Source: Ylistrum balloti (lineage: Eukaryota). From it: 64,000 bases of DNA. The stretch is taken from the NCBI RefSeq assembly GCF_031769215.1, contig NW_026782027.1, forward strand, positions 248,001-312,000, given 5' to 3'. The position numbers were made by a program, and so were the translations under genes. A model generated the notes under the pieces. The model saw only the letters and a program-made list of their open reading frames with translations, was not told the origin of the DNA and ran no database searches. Below, piece by piece: positions 12,242-26,700 of the stretch; positions within the stretch are counted from its first letter, which is position 1, and every line of letters starts with the position of its first letter.

Positions 12242-13852
12242 GGAGTTTACGTTGGATGTATACGGGAACATTACGTTGGATGTTGTATATATGAAAGAAT
12301 GAAAGAAGATAAAATCGGATGTATACGGGGAGACAGCGGTGGATAAATACAGAATGATCACGTTGGATGTATACGGGAATATTACGTTGGATGTATACGG
12401 GAATATTACGTTGGATGTATACGGGAATATTATGTTGGATATACACGGGAAGATTACGTTATATATACACGAGAAGATTACGTTGGATGTATACGGGAAG
12501 ATTACGTGGGAAATATACGGGAAGATTACGTTGGATGTACACGTGAAGATTACGTTGGATGTATACGTGAAGATTACGTTGTATATACACGAGAAGATTA
12601 CGTTGGATGTATACTGGAAGATTACGTGGGAAATATACGGGAAGATTACGTGGGGAAGATTACGTTGGATGTATACGTGAAGATTACGTTGTATATACAC
12701 GAGAAGATTACATTGGATGTATACTGGAAGATTACGTTGGATGTATACGGGAAGATTACGTTGGATGTACACGGGAAGATTACGTGGGAAATATACGGGA
12801 AGATTACGTGGGAAATATACGGGAAGATTACGTTGGGTGTATAAGGGAAGATTCCGTTGGATGTATACGGGAAGATTACGTTGGATGTATACTGGAAGAT
12901 TACGTGGGAAATATACAGGAAGATTACGTTAGGTATACACGGGAAGATTACGTTAGGTATACACGGGAAGATTACGTTAGATATACACGGGAAGATTACG
13001 TTGGATGTATACTGGAAGATTACGTGGGGAATATACGGGAAGATTACGTTAGGTATACACGGGAAGATTACGTTGGATATACACGGGAAGATTACGTTGG
13101 ATGTATACGGGAAGATTACGTTGGATGTATACTGGAAGATTACGTGGGGAATATACGGGAAGATTACGTTAGGTATACACGGGAAGATTACGTTAGGTAT
13201 ACACGGGAAGATTACGTTGGATATACACGGGAAGATTACGTTGGATGTATACGGGAAGATTACGTTGGATGTATACTGGAAGATTACGTGGGGAATATAC
13301 GGGAAGATTACGTTAGGTATACACGGGAAGATTACGTTAGGTATACACGGGAAGATTACGTTGGATATACACGGGAAGATTACGTTGGATATACACGGGA
13401 AGATTACGTTAGGTATACACGGGAAGATTACGTTGGATATACACGGGAAGATTACGTTAGGTATACACGGGAAGATTACGTTGGATATACACGGGAAGAT
13501 TACGTTGGATATACACGGGAAGATTACGTGGGAAATATACAGGAAGATTACGTTAGGTATACACGGGAAGATTACGTTGGATATACACGGGAAGATTACG
13601 TTGGATATACACGGGAAGATTACGTTGGATATACACGGGAAGATTACGTTGGATATACACGGGAAGATTACGTGGGAAATATACAGGAAGATTACGTTGG
13701 ATATACACGGGAAGATTACGTTACATGTATAGGGAAAGATAGCGGCGGATGAGTAAAGGATGATAACGGTAGATGTACACGGGAAGATTTCATGGGAAAT
13801 ATACGGGAAGATTTTGTTGGATGTGAACTGGAAGATTACGTTGAATGTATAC
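12242..13852. repeat. 24-bp minisatellite (consensus GGGAAGATTACGTTGGAT(G/A)TA(T/C)AC), ~65 units, homogeneous core ~12360-13730
   Basis: Direct tandem units. The 8-aa periodicity in the ORF track (GKITLDVY / YTREDYVG) reflects the 24-nt unit. Confidence 0.97.
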
Positions 13853-13959
13853 TAGACTGTTGACACACAGATGTAAAATCGATATGATAATTTGATGAAA
13901 ATCACAACTGCGCCGAACTAGTTAATTAAAATACATTGGAACTGTTGAGCACTATACAA

Positions 13960-14560
13960 TACAATCATTTAATCTTTAAAAAATGCACAAATTCGAACAT
14001 TTGAAAGGATTTCAAAAATGCGTTTAACGTCCACAGTTGTATGGGGGAGGACACGATGTATCCTCTGAGAAATTCGGTCGATGCGCTTCTATTTGATTCC
14101 ATGATTTGGATCGATGCAGAATTCGTTTAGAACGGTATTTATTCGGCGCTGTGTGGCGTAGAAGACAGCCTTAAATCACATCCATACTATGGGTTCTGTA
14201 CCGTGGTCAATTCGATTGTACTTCTGTTCTCCGTTAAAATAATCGTCCGTATGACCAGAACATCAGTCTGTCGTCCGCAGTAGTCATAACTGTCGGCGTA
14301 CTTTGTAGAATGGATTCATTACATGATAACTGCCGTCAGTTTACGGTGAGCTCACGTTGAAGTCGTTTGCAACGTGTTCTCGTTGACGTTAATTCATAGT
14401 TTCTTTCAAAATCTCGCCTTGGATATCTTCCGCAAATTGCGAATACTTCAAGGCCTGTGTATATATATCTTTGAAAAACGATGGCTAGTGTGGAAAGTAA
14501 GACTATTGTCACAACAGACATCATTTTTCAAAACCGAAATGTTGACATGTAAAGAGTTTG
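13960..14560 (-). mobile_element. Decayed LINE (L2/CR1-type) reverse-transcriptase remnant
   Basis: Minus-strand frames give TKYADS (resembling the YADD catalytic motif) and VFYATQRRINTVLNEFC...DRISQRIHRVLP...ICAFF, which resemble the post-RT region of L2/CR1 ORF2. There are multiple stops and frameshifts. Recognised by eye only. Confidence 0.35.
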
Positions 14561-16075
14561 CTTGCTGTAATCAACCGTACATCCAACAAATTTTAATTCC
14601 ACTTTATCAGAATGTCCCAGGATTGTTCCATGAAACCTGACCACTCTGATGACTGTTGGCGTTGAAAACCATACGAAGAGTAATGATAACGGAAAATAAA
14701 ACATGTACACATCTCCTAAAGAGAAAACTGATCAATTTGCTAAATTTTAACTTACATGTATATGACAAAGCAACAAAAAATCAAACGATCTTATTCCACG
14801 TATGGAGATGGAAAATAATAGATCAGAGTTCCATCAACGACCTTGGAACAATGCTTGGCATTTACAGTGAAACACTCTGTATCACTGATTCGACTATCAC
14901 GTGACGAAGTGACTAGTCTGCCCTCCGTTTGCAACATGATTTGTTGTTTAAAGGGATATAGATATGAAATAAAGATATAACGATGAATAATGGGGATAAC
15001 TACAAGAACAAAATGGAAGTTTTCTGCTTGTTGAGTTGTCAAATGGTTTAAGTGAAGGATAAAATATATGATTTGAATCATGAAAAAGGTTGTATGATCG
15101 ATTTCAAACTAAAAGTAAAGCGATTGTAGACTTCTATATTAGGTGAATATTTTGTTCAACTAATGTGTCTGCGACATTTCCCAGTGATGAAAATAGAACG
15201 AGCTCCTTGTTTACGACTGAATAATTACATATAAAAACTTTCCGCCGGATCATCTCAAAGCAAATTCAACGTCTTTCACTTAAGTTATATATTCTAACAA
15301 GGGAACCAATGCCAAACACTAGAGAAAGCTTTTCTTAAATAGGCAGGCTATCACAGTGGGAAATATGACGTCACAAAGTCCCAATCATCTGTTCTTAAGT
15401 AATATAAATTAAGAAATTTTGAACGAAATATAATGTAATACCTGCCAGGTTGTTGTTGAACACAAATAGGGAGGGGTTGTATAACGTCAGATATGACACA
15501 TACAGGGCATTGAACTTGTCACGACTCTCAAAGATAGCTTCACTGGGAGAACGTGCATATATGCAAGTGCCCGTATCGCATGATTGACAGGTGTACAACT
15601 TCCGACATTATAAATAGAACATTGTTTATTAATCAATAAATCTACATAACGGTTATGAATATTCATGTTGGATATGTTCTGTTTTCGTTCAGAACTGAAA
15701 CGAGTAATTCCTTGTGTTGTTTATTTGAAAACGATAATGTCAATATTATAATAGAAACGATATTACTTTAATGTGATAATTCATCATTTTACATAAAAAT
15801 AACATACTCTGTTACGTTTAAACCACTTGTTCAGTTAGTTTCGCTATCGAAAATTCCCTTTTCGATGTTTTGAAAAGGGGTGTATCGATACTGAAGCCCT
15901 TGGATTTTTGAAGTGCATGAGGTCAGTCTTAATGTGTAGATACATATATACATATATCTGTTGTTCTGCTGTGACCAAGTCCACTACTAACGGGTCTTCT
16001 TAACAAAAGAAGATATGCACTATAATAAATCACAAGATCTATTGTTAATAGTGGCCCTTTTGCTGAGTCAGAAGA

Positions 16076-16235
16076 TAAACAACAAGAAAATACAAACATG
16101 TCAACATAATCATAACCAAACTTAAATTCAATAAAACTAGGGCAAAATATGAACAACAGAAGGATTTACATCTAGACTTAAGAAAACTTATAACATGGAC
16201 CAAGTGTTCTGGAAGAGTAAACATCTACTGAACGT
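16076..16235 (-). mobile_element. Penelope-like element 3' terminal fragment
   Basis: ~150 bp similar to 40470-40620 (shares AAACAACAAG..AAATAC.AACATG..A..ATAATC.TAACCAAA...TAGGGCAAAATATGAACAAC...GTGTTC..GAAGAGTAA). That copy is contiguous with PLE coding remnants. Confidence 0.6.
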
Positions 16236-19200
16236 ATTTCATGTTTCAACGCCGATTCTACATTGGTTACACATAAGTCGCCTCAATTTACATTTATAAC
16301 ATGCAAAAAAGTGTGCATGTCTTTATTTATTCCTAAAATTGTTTTTGAAGTCAAACTTTAAAGTACATCCGCAAGAAATAAATTATCGAAATTCGTGAAG
16401 TAAAATGAAACGGAACGAAATTAACCTATATATCAGAACACCAGACCACGTACGTCTGGTTTTCGCGATGCAAGTCTTTGGTAGGATATATTGTAACTAT
16501 GTCATCCTTTGTCGTAGAAATTTTTTTCTATGTATAAATAAACCAAAGGAATTTAGTGTTTATTGATTAAAAGAATTCTGTTCAAAACATCATATAGAAA
16601 TACATTAGGGCAACACATAAAAACTTATTTGTACTCTAAATAAATTTTCAAATTTTACCTGCCAAATGATAGTGCCGCGTGATTAAATAAATAAAAAAAA
16701 ATGATGCTTGATTTTGTAAAAGGTTCATTTTTAGAGAAGTGGATTTTGTAAACCTTCTTCAATGGTCAATAATAGTGTGTGGAATGATATATTTGATTAT
16801 CTCCTCGCAAATATGACAACAAATCATGCGTTTTCTTGGCTCGGGTCTTGTATTCAATGATCATACGTCACAGACTTTAGGATATCGATATAATGAGGCA
16901 TTTAGAGTAAAATACTTGAAGTTCTTAATCAAATGAAACCTACTACATTTACAAAAGGTGTGGTCATCATTAGAGTTGTGTACGCTTCGACTTATTAATT
17001 ATTTCGTTGCGTTATCGAGACATTGATCTAATGAATACTTTCCTAATCTTTGTTTTTTTACAGTGTTTAATTTGCCGTTGGAGCGATAGAGTCTTTAACG
17101 ATGTACATGTACTGTACAAGAAATGCACATCGCTAGATTGTTTTCCCTGTGACGTTGGAAATTCGGCAAGAGTTTTCAAATTACATGTCTGGTCTTTCGA
17201 ATTCTGCGAAATACTTAAAGTTTACAAAATATAGAAAAAAGCGAAAGACGGGATGAGAATATAATTAAGGAAAACGCAACCCGAAGCTAAATATAATTTT
17301 GCTTGCAGCATTGTCACTGTTTTACGATTTCGATCATATGATAGCAACATATCTAGCGCGTGCTTTCAACATCTTGCGTCACAAAAAATGACGTCATAAT
17401 AGCATATCTTATACTGTACACGAGAACACACCAATCAATCGGAAATCACGTGGGCGAATGTAACATGAGAATATTACAATTGATCTCTTATCTCCTCGCA
17501 TAAAATAACATTTAGTAGTGATCCTATGTTTTCATGGCATACAGCACATGGCAAAGCCTGTTGATACAAGAGTCCTGTACTGCTTTTTATGTTTTAATAT
17601 CTTAGCGAATAAAATTAAACAAAATTGGACTGAATTAGAAGTGTTCAATTTTATTTTTTTTTTCATCCATAAGTTATTACATTATGCGAATAAAAAGTAT
17701 TATGGTTTAAGTGGCTCTAATGGTATTGAATGAAAATGTCCGAATCCTTGTGTCAAAAATTTCGTCACCAATTTCAATATTGATGATAAGAATTACTAGC
17801 TATACATACAGTATTTGTTCAAATCTATCCAAGCAATATTAGAATAAAAGTTATTGAAAAAGAGATGAAATACGTCAAAGATTTTTACTTATTAGATTAA
17901 GTATGCGATGATATTACCTAGACTATCATGTAAATTCAAACGAGGTACTCCACCAAGATTTTAGAATCTCTCAACAAACATGGTTTATATTGTGACGTCG
18001 AATAATGTTTTATGACGTCATCCTCCATTGTCAAGATTCTGTAGGACTTGCGGCAAAACAGATTTTTTTTTTCAACGAACATACCGTTTCCTCATTTAAG
18101 ATAATAGCTAGATAACAATTATAATTATACAATCTTCACTTAGATCTTTTAAAATTGAAAAATAGCAAAAGAGTGAAGTTAGGTATATAAAATTATCAAC
18201 CAACATCCACTGGAAATGGGGCAACGACTTAATTACTTTTACTGCATATGTATAACTACACAAATCGCAATTGTTGACTGACGAAAAACAAATAGGTGAG
18301 TAAATGTATCTGGAGGTATATATTGTAACTCAGCTAATGAGTGATTTATGCCGTGGTTAGTATAGTATTCAGGAGCACTGTTTCATCAGCTCTTAACAAA
18401 ACAGGAATATCGATGCCTCAGAGGTAACTGGGCAGCCGAATGACCGCTCGTACACTGACCCGAGTCATCCGACTACACACAATTCCCTGGGGTACTGTAC
18501 ATGCTAATTGACAACAATCTAGATATATTAATAAATATCATTGGAAGTTGAATGCACTACTAAATAGTCTGGACTTGGTTGATCGGAGAATATCGTTTGG
18601 CCCTTACTGACAAAGACTGTACTTTTAATAATGAATTAAAACGTTGCGTGCAAACTACACTTGTTGGTTACAAGTCGTTAAAATACAATAAAAGAAATAT
18701 ATAAGTGACAACTTTGTGTGATAAAATATTCGACCTACGAGTTTTTTTTCCCGGAAATCACCATAGTTATAGCTATTGAAAATCAAATTGTGATATAAAA
18801 TCTATTGGTGATATGAATAATTCTATTAGATCTGACTTTTCGCAATACGGATCGATTAAATCCAGAACGAGGAAATTTAATTACTCTATGAATATAATGT
18901 TTTACAGAAATATGGAGCTTGTAAATCTGCAATGTCAGACTATTTCTTAATAGCACAACAATTATCATAAAAAAGAACGTTTATTTCATCTGGGCCTAGT
19001 CGAGTCTATAAACAGATTCGACAACGATGCCAAATATCCGGAATATTTATCTCAGACACAAACTGAACCAGAATTTTATTACTGCTGCCAAAAATGTTCC
19101 GAAAAGTGTTTATATACTTAGATTTCGTACCCCGCGAGAAGACGGCGAGAGTTGACCAGCGAGCGGTTCAGTCTACGAAAGTTGTTAAAGAAGATCGTCC

Positions 19201-21879
19201 ATCATTCGCCAGCTTGTATCAGTTTCAATCAATCTAGATCCAACGAGAACCACATGTTTTCGCGCGTGTATTGCCCGCCGCTACTTGAAGAAAAAATCTT
19301 CGGCATTTATAGGCAAACAATGTCGTATAGACACATACACTTTACACTTCTTATGACGTAATTTTCGCGGGTTGTCGGTTATCGCATAATTTTTTGATAA
19401 ACTTTTTCTTGCAATCCGAATAAAAAGTTACAAGCTGCAGTATAATCAATCTTAGACTTGTAACTTATACTTCACCATTACCTTGTATCGTAGAGAACTG
19501 GAATTTTGATTAAATTAAACCATACTTTTTGTGCTGTTCAAACTTCGTTCTTTTCGAAACGTGTAACCTGAATTCCGGTGATAAGTAAAAAGCCAACGGA
19601 TGCCTTACTAATAATGCTAACAGTTACTAAAAAACTAATTCGTGGAGGTTATGTTTTCGACAATTAGAATTAATAACTCACGCAACGGAAATATATCCGC
19701 CACGAAAATGATTGATATAACAGTAAACGGCAAGATGATTATTAAAGCTGTCATATATGTTTTCTAACATTCATATCGTTTGACGTCGTTAACAGAAATT
19801 GTGTACATTATACAATCTAATAATAGACTATTGAAGGACAAAATTTCCAGCCATGATATGATTAACTGTATACATTCAAAAATTGTGCTTCTTTTATTGA
19901 TAACATATATTTTATATATGTTGATGAAATCATTATCCGTTAAGATAGAGGCTTACCCTTTGAAAGTAAATGGAATTTGTGAGCAGGTCCATCTTTACAA
20001 AATAGCTTTTATTTTTTGTGATTAAGAATAAGTTCTTTGAAGCAACCTTCGTTTATACTCTTTAAAACTAAGTGCACACAGATAAAAATGAATATTTTCC
20101 GGAAAGCACTGGTCTTTATCGGCACATTGTCAGCTAACGGACATCCGGGTCCTGTACAAAGATATATACGTATTGTCCTGGTCACACATGTCAACAACAC
20201 CCACATGTATTCATATGACCGAGATATACCGGCCTTGTTTGCACCAGTAAACATCCACATGTTGCATCCTGTTGAACGCTATCGATATCCAGAGTAGGTT
20301 TCAAGGTCATATTTCATTTTTACGCAAGAGGACTTCAATTACAAGTATATGTAATAAAATGGCACCACTCCTGTATGTTAATTTGTAAAGTTTAATAATA
20401 TATCATCTTTATCTTTTTATTCAAGTTTTACTTCGAAGGTTAAATCAGGAAAGAGCAAGAATTAAATTGGTATTCGATATATATCTATTATCCGAAAGTT
20501 GCAAATTGTAAAAAAAAAAAAAAAAAAAACCAGAATGACGCTTCTCTAGGTGTTCTCTTGCCTTCAATTAATATCACATTTGACCTTCATACAGCGCTGT
20601 GTCATCATTAAGAAACATTTCTATCTTCTTGCACTGAGGATATAAAAGCGGAATAAGTGTCTCAAAATTAATTACATCTCTGACAATATAATACAATACA
20701 GCAATCTAGACTAAAGAAAGCTTTATTACACCCACGCTAATCAATACCTTGTAATTATCCGTAACGAATACTAACCGAAAACTATTCAATAATGAATATT
20801 AAGATTTGGAACTTTGACGATGATAAAGATAGTTACAATAGATCGATTTCAATTGGCGAAATCAGATTAGACTTTTCAAAAACGATGCACGTTAGTCCGA
20901 ATCAGTATGAGAAACATGTATTAATTTATGTATTTTAATTTTAAGAGATAATTTTTAAGTTTATCAATTCAATTATACGATTTTTCTGTCGACACTCTCG
21001 TTCGTTTACTGACATTTTTTTTATTTTGATTGTATGTGAAATCATGTCGACGCGAAAAGAAACACTCCTCACATTGGCACCGAATTATCCAAAACCCGAG
21101 TCAGCGTTATGTGAATAAAGAATTAAAGTCAAACAGATATGTCAACCGTTACATACATATATGTATGTAAGTAAGACACTTACCTTAACACCGCGCTGCT
21201 GACAGATACGTATATCTACCAAATTTCTGTTTTGTATTTGTCTAATTCATCGCCAAACCTATTGAAGAGGATTACTATAAACAGATCTTGATTCAATCAA
21301 TTATCGGGGTTAAAAATGATTTTCTAAATGAGTACATATTGGAAAAATGTGTAAGAAATAAAGTATTTCTTCTGGCATGCACAGTTGATAAAAAATGCCA
21401 ACTGGCGGACATGAAATACGTTGTTTCCAATTGGCATTCATAAGTATTCTGAATGCCAGGTGTAACATTTCATTTGGTCTTTTGTCATAGTAGGACATTC
21501 ATATAGTCTGTTTACGCAGGATAACGCCCAAATGTATGAATAGATTGTCATTATCGTTAATGTACTGACGTCACAATGATTGTTGCAGAGGCGGATAGCG
21601 ACTCAAGGATGCACGATATGCAAGGCGGTGTGAATTGACCAGTGTCCATCACAAGATTTGGTCAAGAAGAAAATACTATAAAGAGGTAAGATTTGTTAAT
21701 TTGTTTCAGTGTTTTTGAGATAAACCCTATATATAAGTATTTTAATTTCACACATATAAAACCATCACTTGCCGCACGCCATGTGGACCCGGCCGCTCGA
21801 TAGGAAAATGATATTGCATTTTTTACCACACAACATATATCCGGGAACAGTTTAAACAATGAATCAAAATAGAATACAA

Positions 21880-21996
21880 TGCAGCTTAGTCAACTTTAAA
21901 AAAATGAGCAGCTGACCGACCAACGCGTTCATCAGTCCTCCGTAATCTGGAGACTGTCACGGCCTCGCCAGGTTCGACTCGTTCTCTCGGACTTTG
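21880..21996 (+). other. Candidate 5'-UTR exon (possibly of the BMI1-like gene)
   Basis: CpG-rich island in an AT-rich background, with Inr-like TCAGTC at 21932 and a consensus donor TG|GTAAGT at 21996/21997. The start is approximate and the link to BMI1 is inferred. Confidence 0.4.
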
Positions 21997-24900
21997 GTAA
22001 GTTTTCCCATCTGTGATTTATACGTATGAACCCGTAGGCGGTTAAATGTAAGTATTTTCCATATACATCAAATCACATATGTGTATTACATGGTGTAACT
22101 AAATGGGTCTTTGTTATATATGATATATATATACATGGGGGAAATTTATACTGAACAGTCTTTCTGATAAAATCATTCTAATTTATCAAGCTTTTCATGT
22201 CCTGTATGTGTAAGTGGTATTGTAACATCAAGTGTATTGATCACTTTGTTTAACGCTGAAGGTCGTGATGCTTCCATACAGCATCCGTTTGACAGACCAT
22301 ATCTAAAGCCCCGCGATAGAATTGGGAAGAGCACCTTTATGTGTTCTCAGTAAATCTCTCTCAATCTATGCTCAGTGGCATGAATTGGAAGATACAGGGA
22401 GTGATTGCTTGTCCTTTGTTACCACCATTCTCACACCGATTAGATTACAGTTGTATGTGTTGATACACATGATAAAACACTTTACTATAATTAATTTTCA
22501 AGGGATCTTCTTTTTTCCTTAAGTTTGCGGGCAGTGTAAATCTACTCGAAGAAGTTGATTAATAATACAATTAAACCTTAGTTTGATAATTTAGTAAAAT
22601 AACAAAATTGATGTCGTTTTGATTATTAATCGTAAAGAAGGAAATGAAAGCCTCGCGAAAATTTACGATTTTACAGTATTCCAGTGATTGTACAAAAGAC
22701 GCATTCCTGAATAACACATTTAATGCAAGTTGATAATTAGAAACAACGAAACAAATTAAAGAATTAAACTTGTTCCGCCTTGTAGAACTCTTGATATGCT
22801 GCGAGCCTAAATTTTGAAATCTAGGGGCGACTGAGGAAAATTCAAAGTGATCTGAAGACTTTTTTAAAGTCTCAGCAGCAGATGGGTTGTTTTCAGTTGC
22901 AGATACTCGTGCGTTTTCGACTATAGCGTGCGTGTTTGCGATACCGTGGAAGCCAAAAGATCGTATAATATAATGCATGCGATAGTGCACATGAACCCAC
23001 ACGCTCACATACCTACAGACAGATCATTTCGAAGAAAATAATTGACTAATCAATAAGAACACATGTCCTGATTAAGTCTTTGAAAATAAATTATGTGCAG
23101 CAGTGCTCATTAATAGACACGAGCACTGTTCTGCACAGCCACCTACCGTGTTACACGTAAAATGCATGCAATCTAATGATATATAATGCACGTGTATTGA
23201 ATGGCCATTGAAGATACCTAGCAGGTCTCTTTGACTGTATTCATCGCACAGTTCTTCAATGTTATAAGGAATGCAAATAATGTGCAGTAAACGAATGAAT
23301 AACGACCTATCATTATCGTTTGATATCGACCGACTGTTTTGTAAACACTCCAGTTGTATTCTTTCGTATTATATGCCGATATCATTATTCGCTTTTTTGT
23401 CGCAAGAAGTATGCTCCATAAATATAATGCCAACTTAATTTGATCCTGTAAAACCTAATTAAATAAATAGGCGGTATTTATTAGAAATATGCGAATAATA
23501 TGAATGTGTCATTCTATACAATGACTGAGTGAACCTTAGCCTTAATACCACTTAGACGTTTAAGACGATCACTTACGAAAAAAGATAAAATACGCTTTGA
23601 TTAATTGTTCTCGACATAATTCCTTTAGTTGGCTTATAAAACAATAACATTAATAATTTGATATTCGTGTTGTTACCGCACGACGCATTGAAAAAGGATA
23701 ATGTTGACGTGTAGTCACGAAAACTAACAGCGATTACAATTTGAAAAATAGACATTGATGTGAAAAATTTGACTCTAGACTATTTTAAAAAGCATGAATG
23801 TTCCGTGAAAACCTATGGTCTTGAGAGTATTGTCTGTAATAAACCGTTGATGGATATAGTATGAAATTTATGATAATCAACCTCATAATTTTGTCATTTT
23901 GGGTCACTTAATGCTCGGTGTAATGACAATATTTAGACTTAACTGTGGAACAGAAACTCATTTGGAACAAGTATACGGATGTGTAACACAATAGCAACAT
24001 AAGACATTCATATATGCATCACATCTAGCAGACCGTTAATTTCATTGACCCAAATGTCAATTTTGCTGACTCAATGAAACAAAAATGACGACGAAAGGAA
24101 ATCGCCAAAATACATTGAAATGTTTTACTTCATGAAAGAACATCAGATTTCCCCCCCTCAAAATTGCGATAATTTGGGCTATTAACATAATAAGCTTTAG
24201 AGTATGCATAATTCAGTATGACTTCAAAAGTGTCGCAAGACATCAATATAATACAGTACACGTCACGCATAGAGAAATAACAATGAACATTGAGAACAAT
24301 GGTATTCAGACTAATCCTGTACCAAGAAACTTCGAGTTTTTTCGTTTTTTTTTTTTTTTTCTAAAGTGACAATATTCCGACTCATTCCTTCCATTAAAAT
24401 AACACAACCGAATTATTTTGTTAAGAGAATATAATAATAACAACTCCAGTCCTTTAATTACACGGAAAGACTATCTTGCAGTGATATAGAGGTGCATAGG
24501 TGAATCGAACGATAACATTTTCTCTGTTTACTTATTAATTGTTGCACATTACCCTGATCATTGAAGCAAAAAGGACTGATCTTATTTTCAGGCTGATGTT
24601 AAATAAATGATAATCTCTCAATGAAAAAAATATACATAATTGCCTTCATTTAAACATAGTAAAACTATTGAATCATATATTTTTTTTTAAATATTGCTTG
24701 TATACCCAGGACAATTTGCTGCCTGAGAAAAGTTGATAATTAGTTATTTTTCCAGTGTATGGTTTTATCAATTACCAAGAGCCGTAACTATACACCATCC
24801 GGACGCAAGGTTTCTTATCTGACACACATACTCCGATTAGCTTACAAAAAACTGATAGTCCACTTTTAAAACGGAGATACAATCGTGCGCTGATTTCTTG

Positions 24901-26049
24901 TATGTTGAGAAACATTCCGTCATGCTAAGTACATATCTCCCGATCAAACCAATTATCGGCTCGTATACAGTCCCAACGAACGCCGTCTAAGAGTACAAGG
25001 AGAACACAACGCGATTATTACGCGCTGTCGACTAGCTTTACATGCAACACTTCACAAACCCTATACATGAAACACCTCCGCATTTGACAAAAAATACTAC
25101 CAATAGACTTAAAGTTAGAATTTTAAATATAGAGTGCGAAAACGGAATGATCTGTGCGATTTGTGTGCTCAACAAAGCTACCATTATACGGAAATGTGAG
25201 ACTTTTTCCCCCTTGTTAGGTTTTATCTCTGTCTTGATCTGTTTTGACAGGAAGCAAGTAATGTTTAGTCTACCTGGGCGAGATGATTGTGTCAGTCGGT
25301 TGCCGGTAACGGCTCATCAAGGGTAAAAAACCTCACAAATACAGCGTAAGTGATACTGCGCTGCCATTAAGCGCGTCTTGTGAACCGTTGTTGAGTAATT
25401 GTCATTAGCGTGAAGCGAACAAAAACGAACATTCTATGGTCCAAGACAATTGAAAATAATACTTTTTATAGACAGGAATATAAATCAAAGTTATTTGAAA
25501 GAGTCTTCCTTAAAATACGTACGAATACAATAAATGGGTGATACGATAGACACACCATGTTGAGCCTGTCTATCTATTAGGTCATCCTTTATATATCAGC
25601 TTAATACAAAACCTTGAGGAATACGGTGTTCCGTAGCAAATTGTCTATACGTCTCAACTAAATTATGCCTTTCAAGAAAACGTTATGAAAGACACACAAA
25701 CATACGGATTCCAGTTATGAAAAAGTGGTGTAAAGGAAACGTAGGATAAATTAACATTTTATCTGGCGAACAAATCTAATTTCATAGTAAGTTTGATAGA
25801 ATAACAAAAATGTGATGTCCGACATGCGTGTCGTACACGTGTGCAAGTGATGCACGTTTACATTGTAATCTTTCTATGTATATCCGTAGCACGCGACGTC
25901 GGCGTCAATGCCTTTTTGTAGACGAAGGTAATATTAATCCAACTTCCTTCGTATGTTTAAGTACACACACAGGACTAAATTACCCCGACACACTACCTAA
26001 ACCTCCTACTCGAGGTGAACATTTAACACGTAAAGCTATCCTCGTTTTA

Positions 26050-26700
26050 GCATCACTGATTCGGTTTTTATGTCTTGTATACTTCCCAAAGGAACATAAA
26101 AAATATACATACTACAAAGTCATCGAAGTTGTTGACAATGTTGTCGCCGAGTTTAGTGGTAACATCTTTCAACAGACTATTGGTATACTTATGGGAACAA
26201 ACTGTGCCCCTCTCTTCGCAAATTTGTTTTTTGTAGACTGCATTTATCGAAGTTTGGTCAAATCACACTTTATAAGTACCTTGTCTTTAAATAACAAGGA
26301 AGGTATTGTCAGTATCAACTGCAGATACCAGCCAGAATTTGAAATCGAGAATACGACATACCCTTCTACATTAGCCGCTTACTCCGATGTAACCTACAGG
26401 TACAACTTACCATTAAGCAAGAACATAAACATATCAATTTCAAGATGTCCTTATTGTGAACTTTCATTATGTAGATAACAGCATCCCTACTCCCCAAATC
26501 AAAATATTCGATATTTCGCATTTTATTCGGCATTCCAGGGTTTGTTCCGAATATCACGACTTCGATGGAGAATATCGATAGTTGTTAGATAAACGCTAAA
26601 TATTGAGTTTCAACATGGATTATGGGGTCTTATAAGGTCGTTATAATTATCTTGTCGTAAAATATTATATTTCCCTTTACGATTTGAGGTTGGACATGTT
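26050..26700 (+). mobile_element. Penelope-like retroelement RT/C-terminal remnant
   Basis: VDNVVAEFSGNIFQQTIGILMGTNCAPLFANLF resembles the PLE RT motif (IDNIFV.FGG..FQQ.IGIPMGTNCAPLLADLFL). Downstream RHSRVCSEYHDF and GRYNYLVVKY resemble the PLE C-terminal motifs RYSRACS.Y.DF and FYGRH.DLV.KY. Frameshifted and deleted. Confidence 0.85.

Noticed and set aside
12162-13752. Long ORFs (381 aa YTREDYVG repeats, 291 aa GKITLDIH repeats, and others) as a Tyr-rich structural or shell protein
   Set aside because: Several frames on both strands are open simply because the 24-nt unit lacks stops. There is no signal peptide, unique domain or convincing splice context, and variation is not codon-biased.
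12242-13852. CRISPR array
   Set aside because: The units are head-to-tail with no unique spacers, there are no cas genes, and the DNA is eukaryotic.
22571-23008. 145-aa minus-strand ORF
   Set aside because: No recognisable domain or splice context. Part of it (CKIVNFREA) is a MITE terminal repeat.
25828-26478. 216-aa ORF as a host gene
   Set aside because: Its recognisable part is a decayed Penelope-like RT, and the rest is unrelated upstream sequence.
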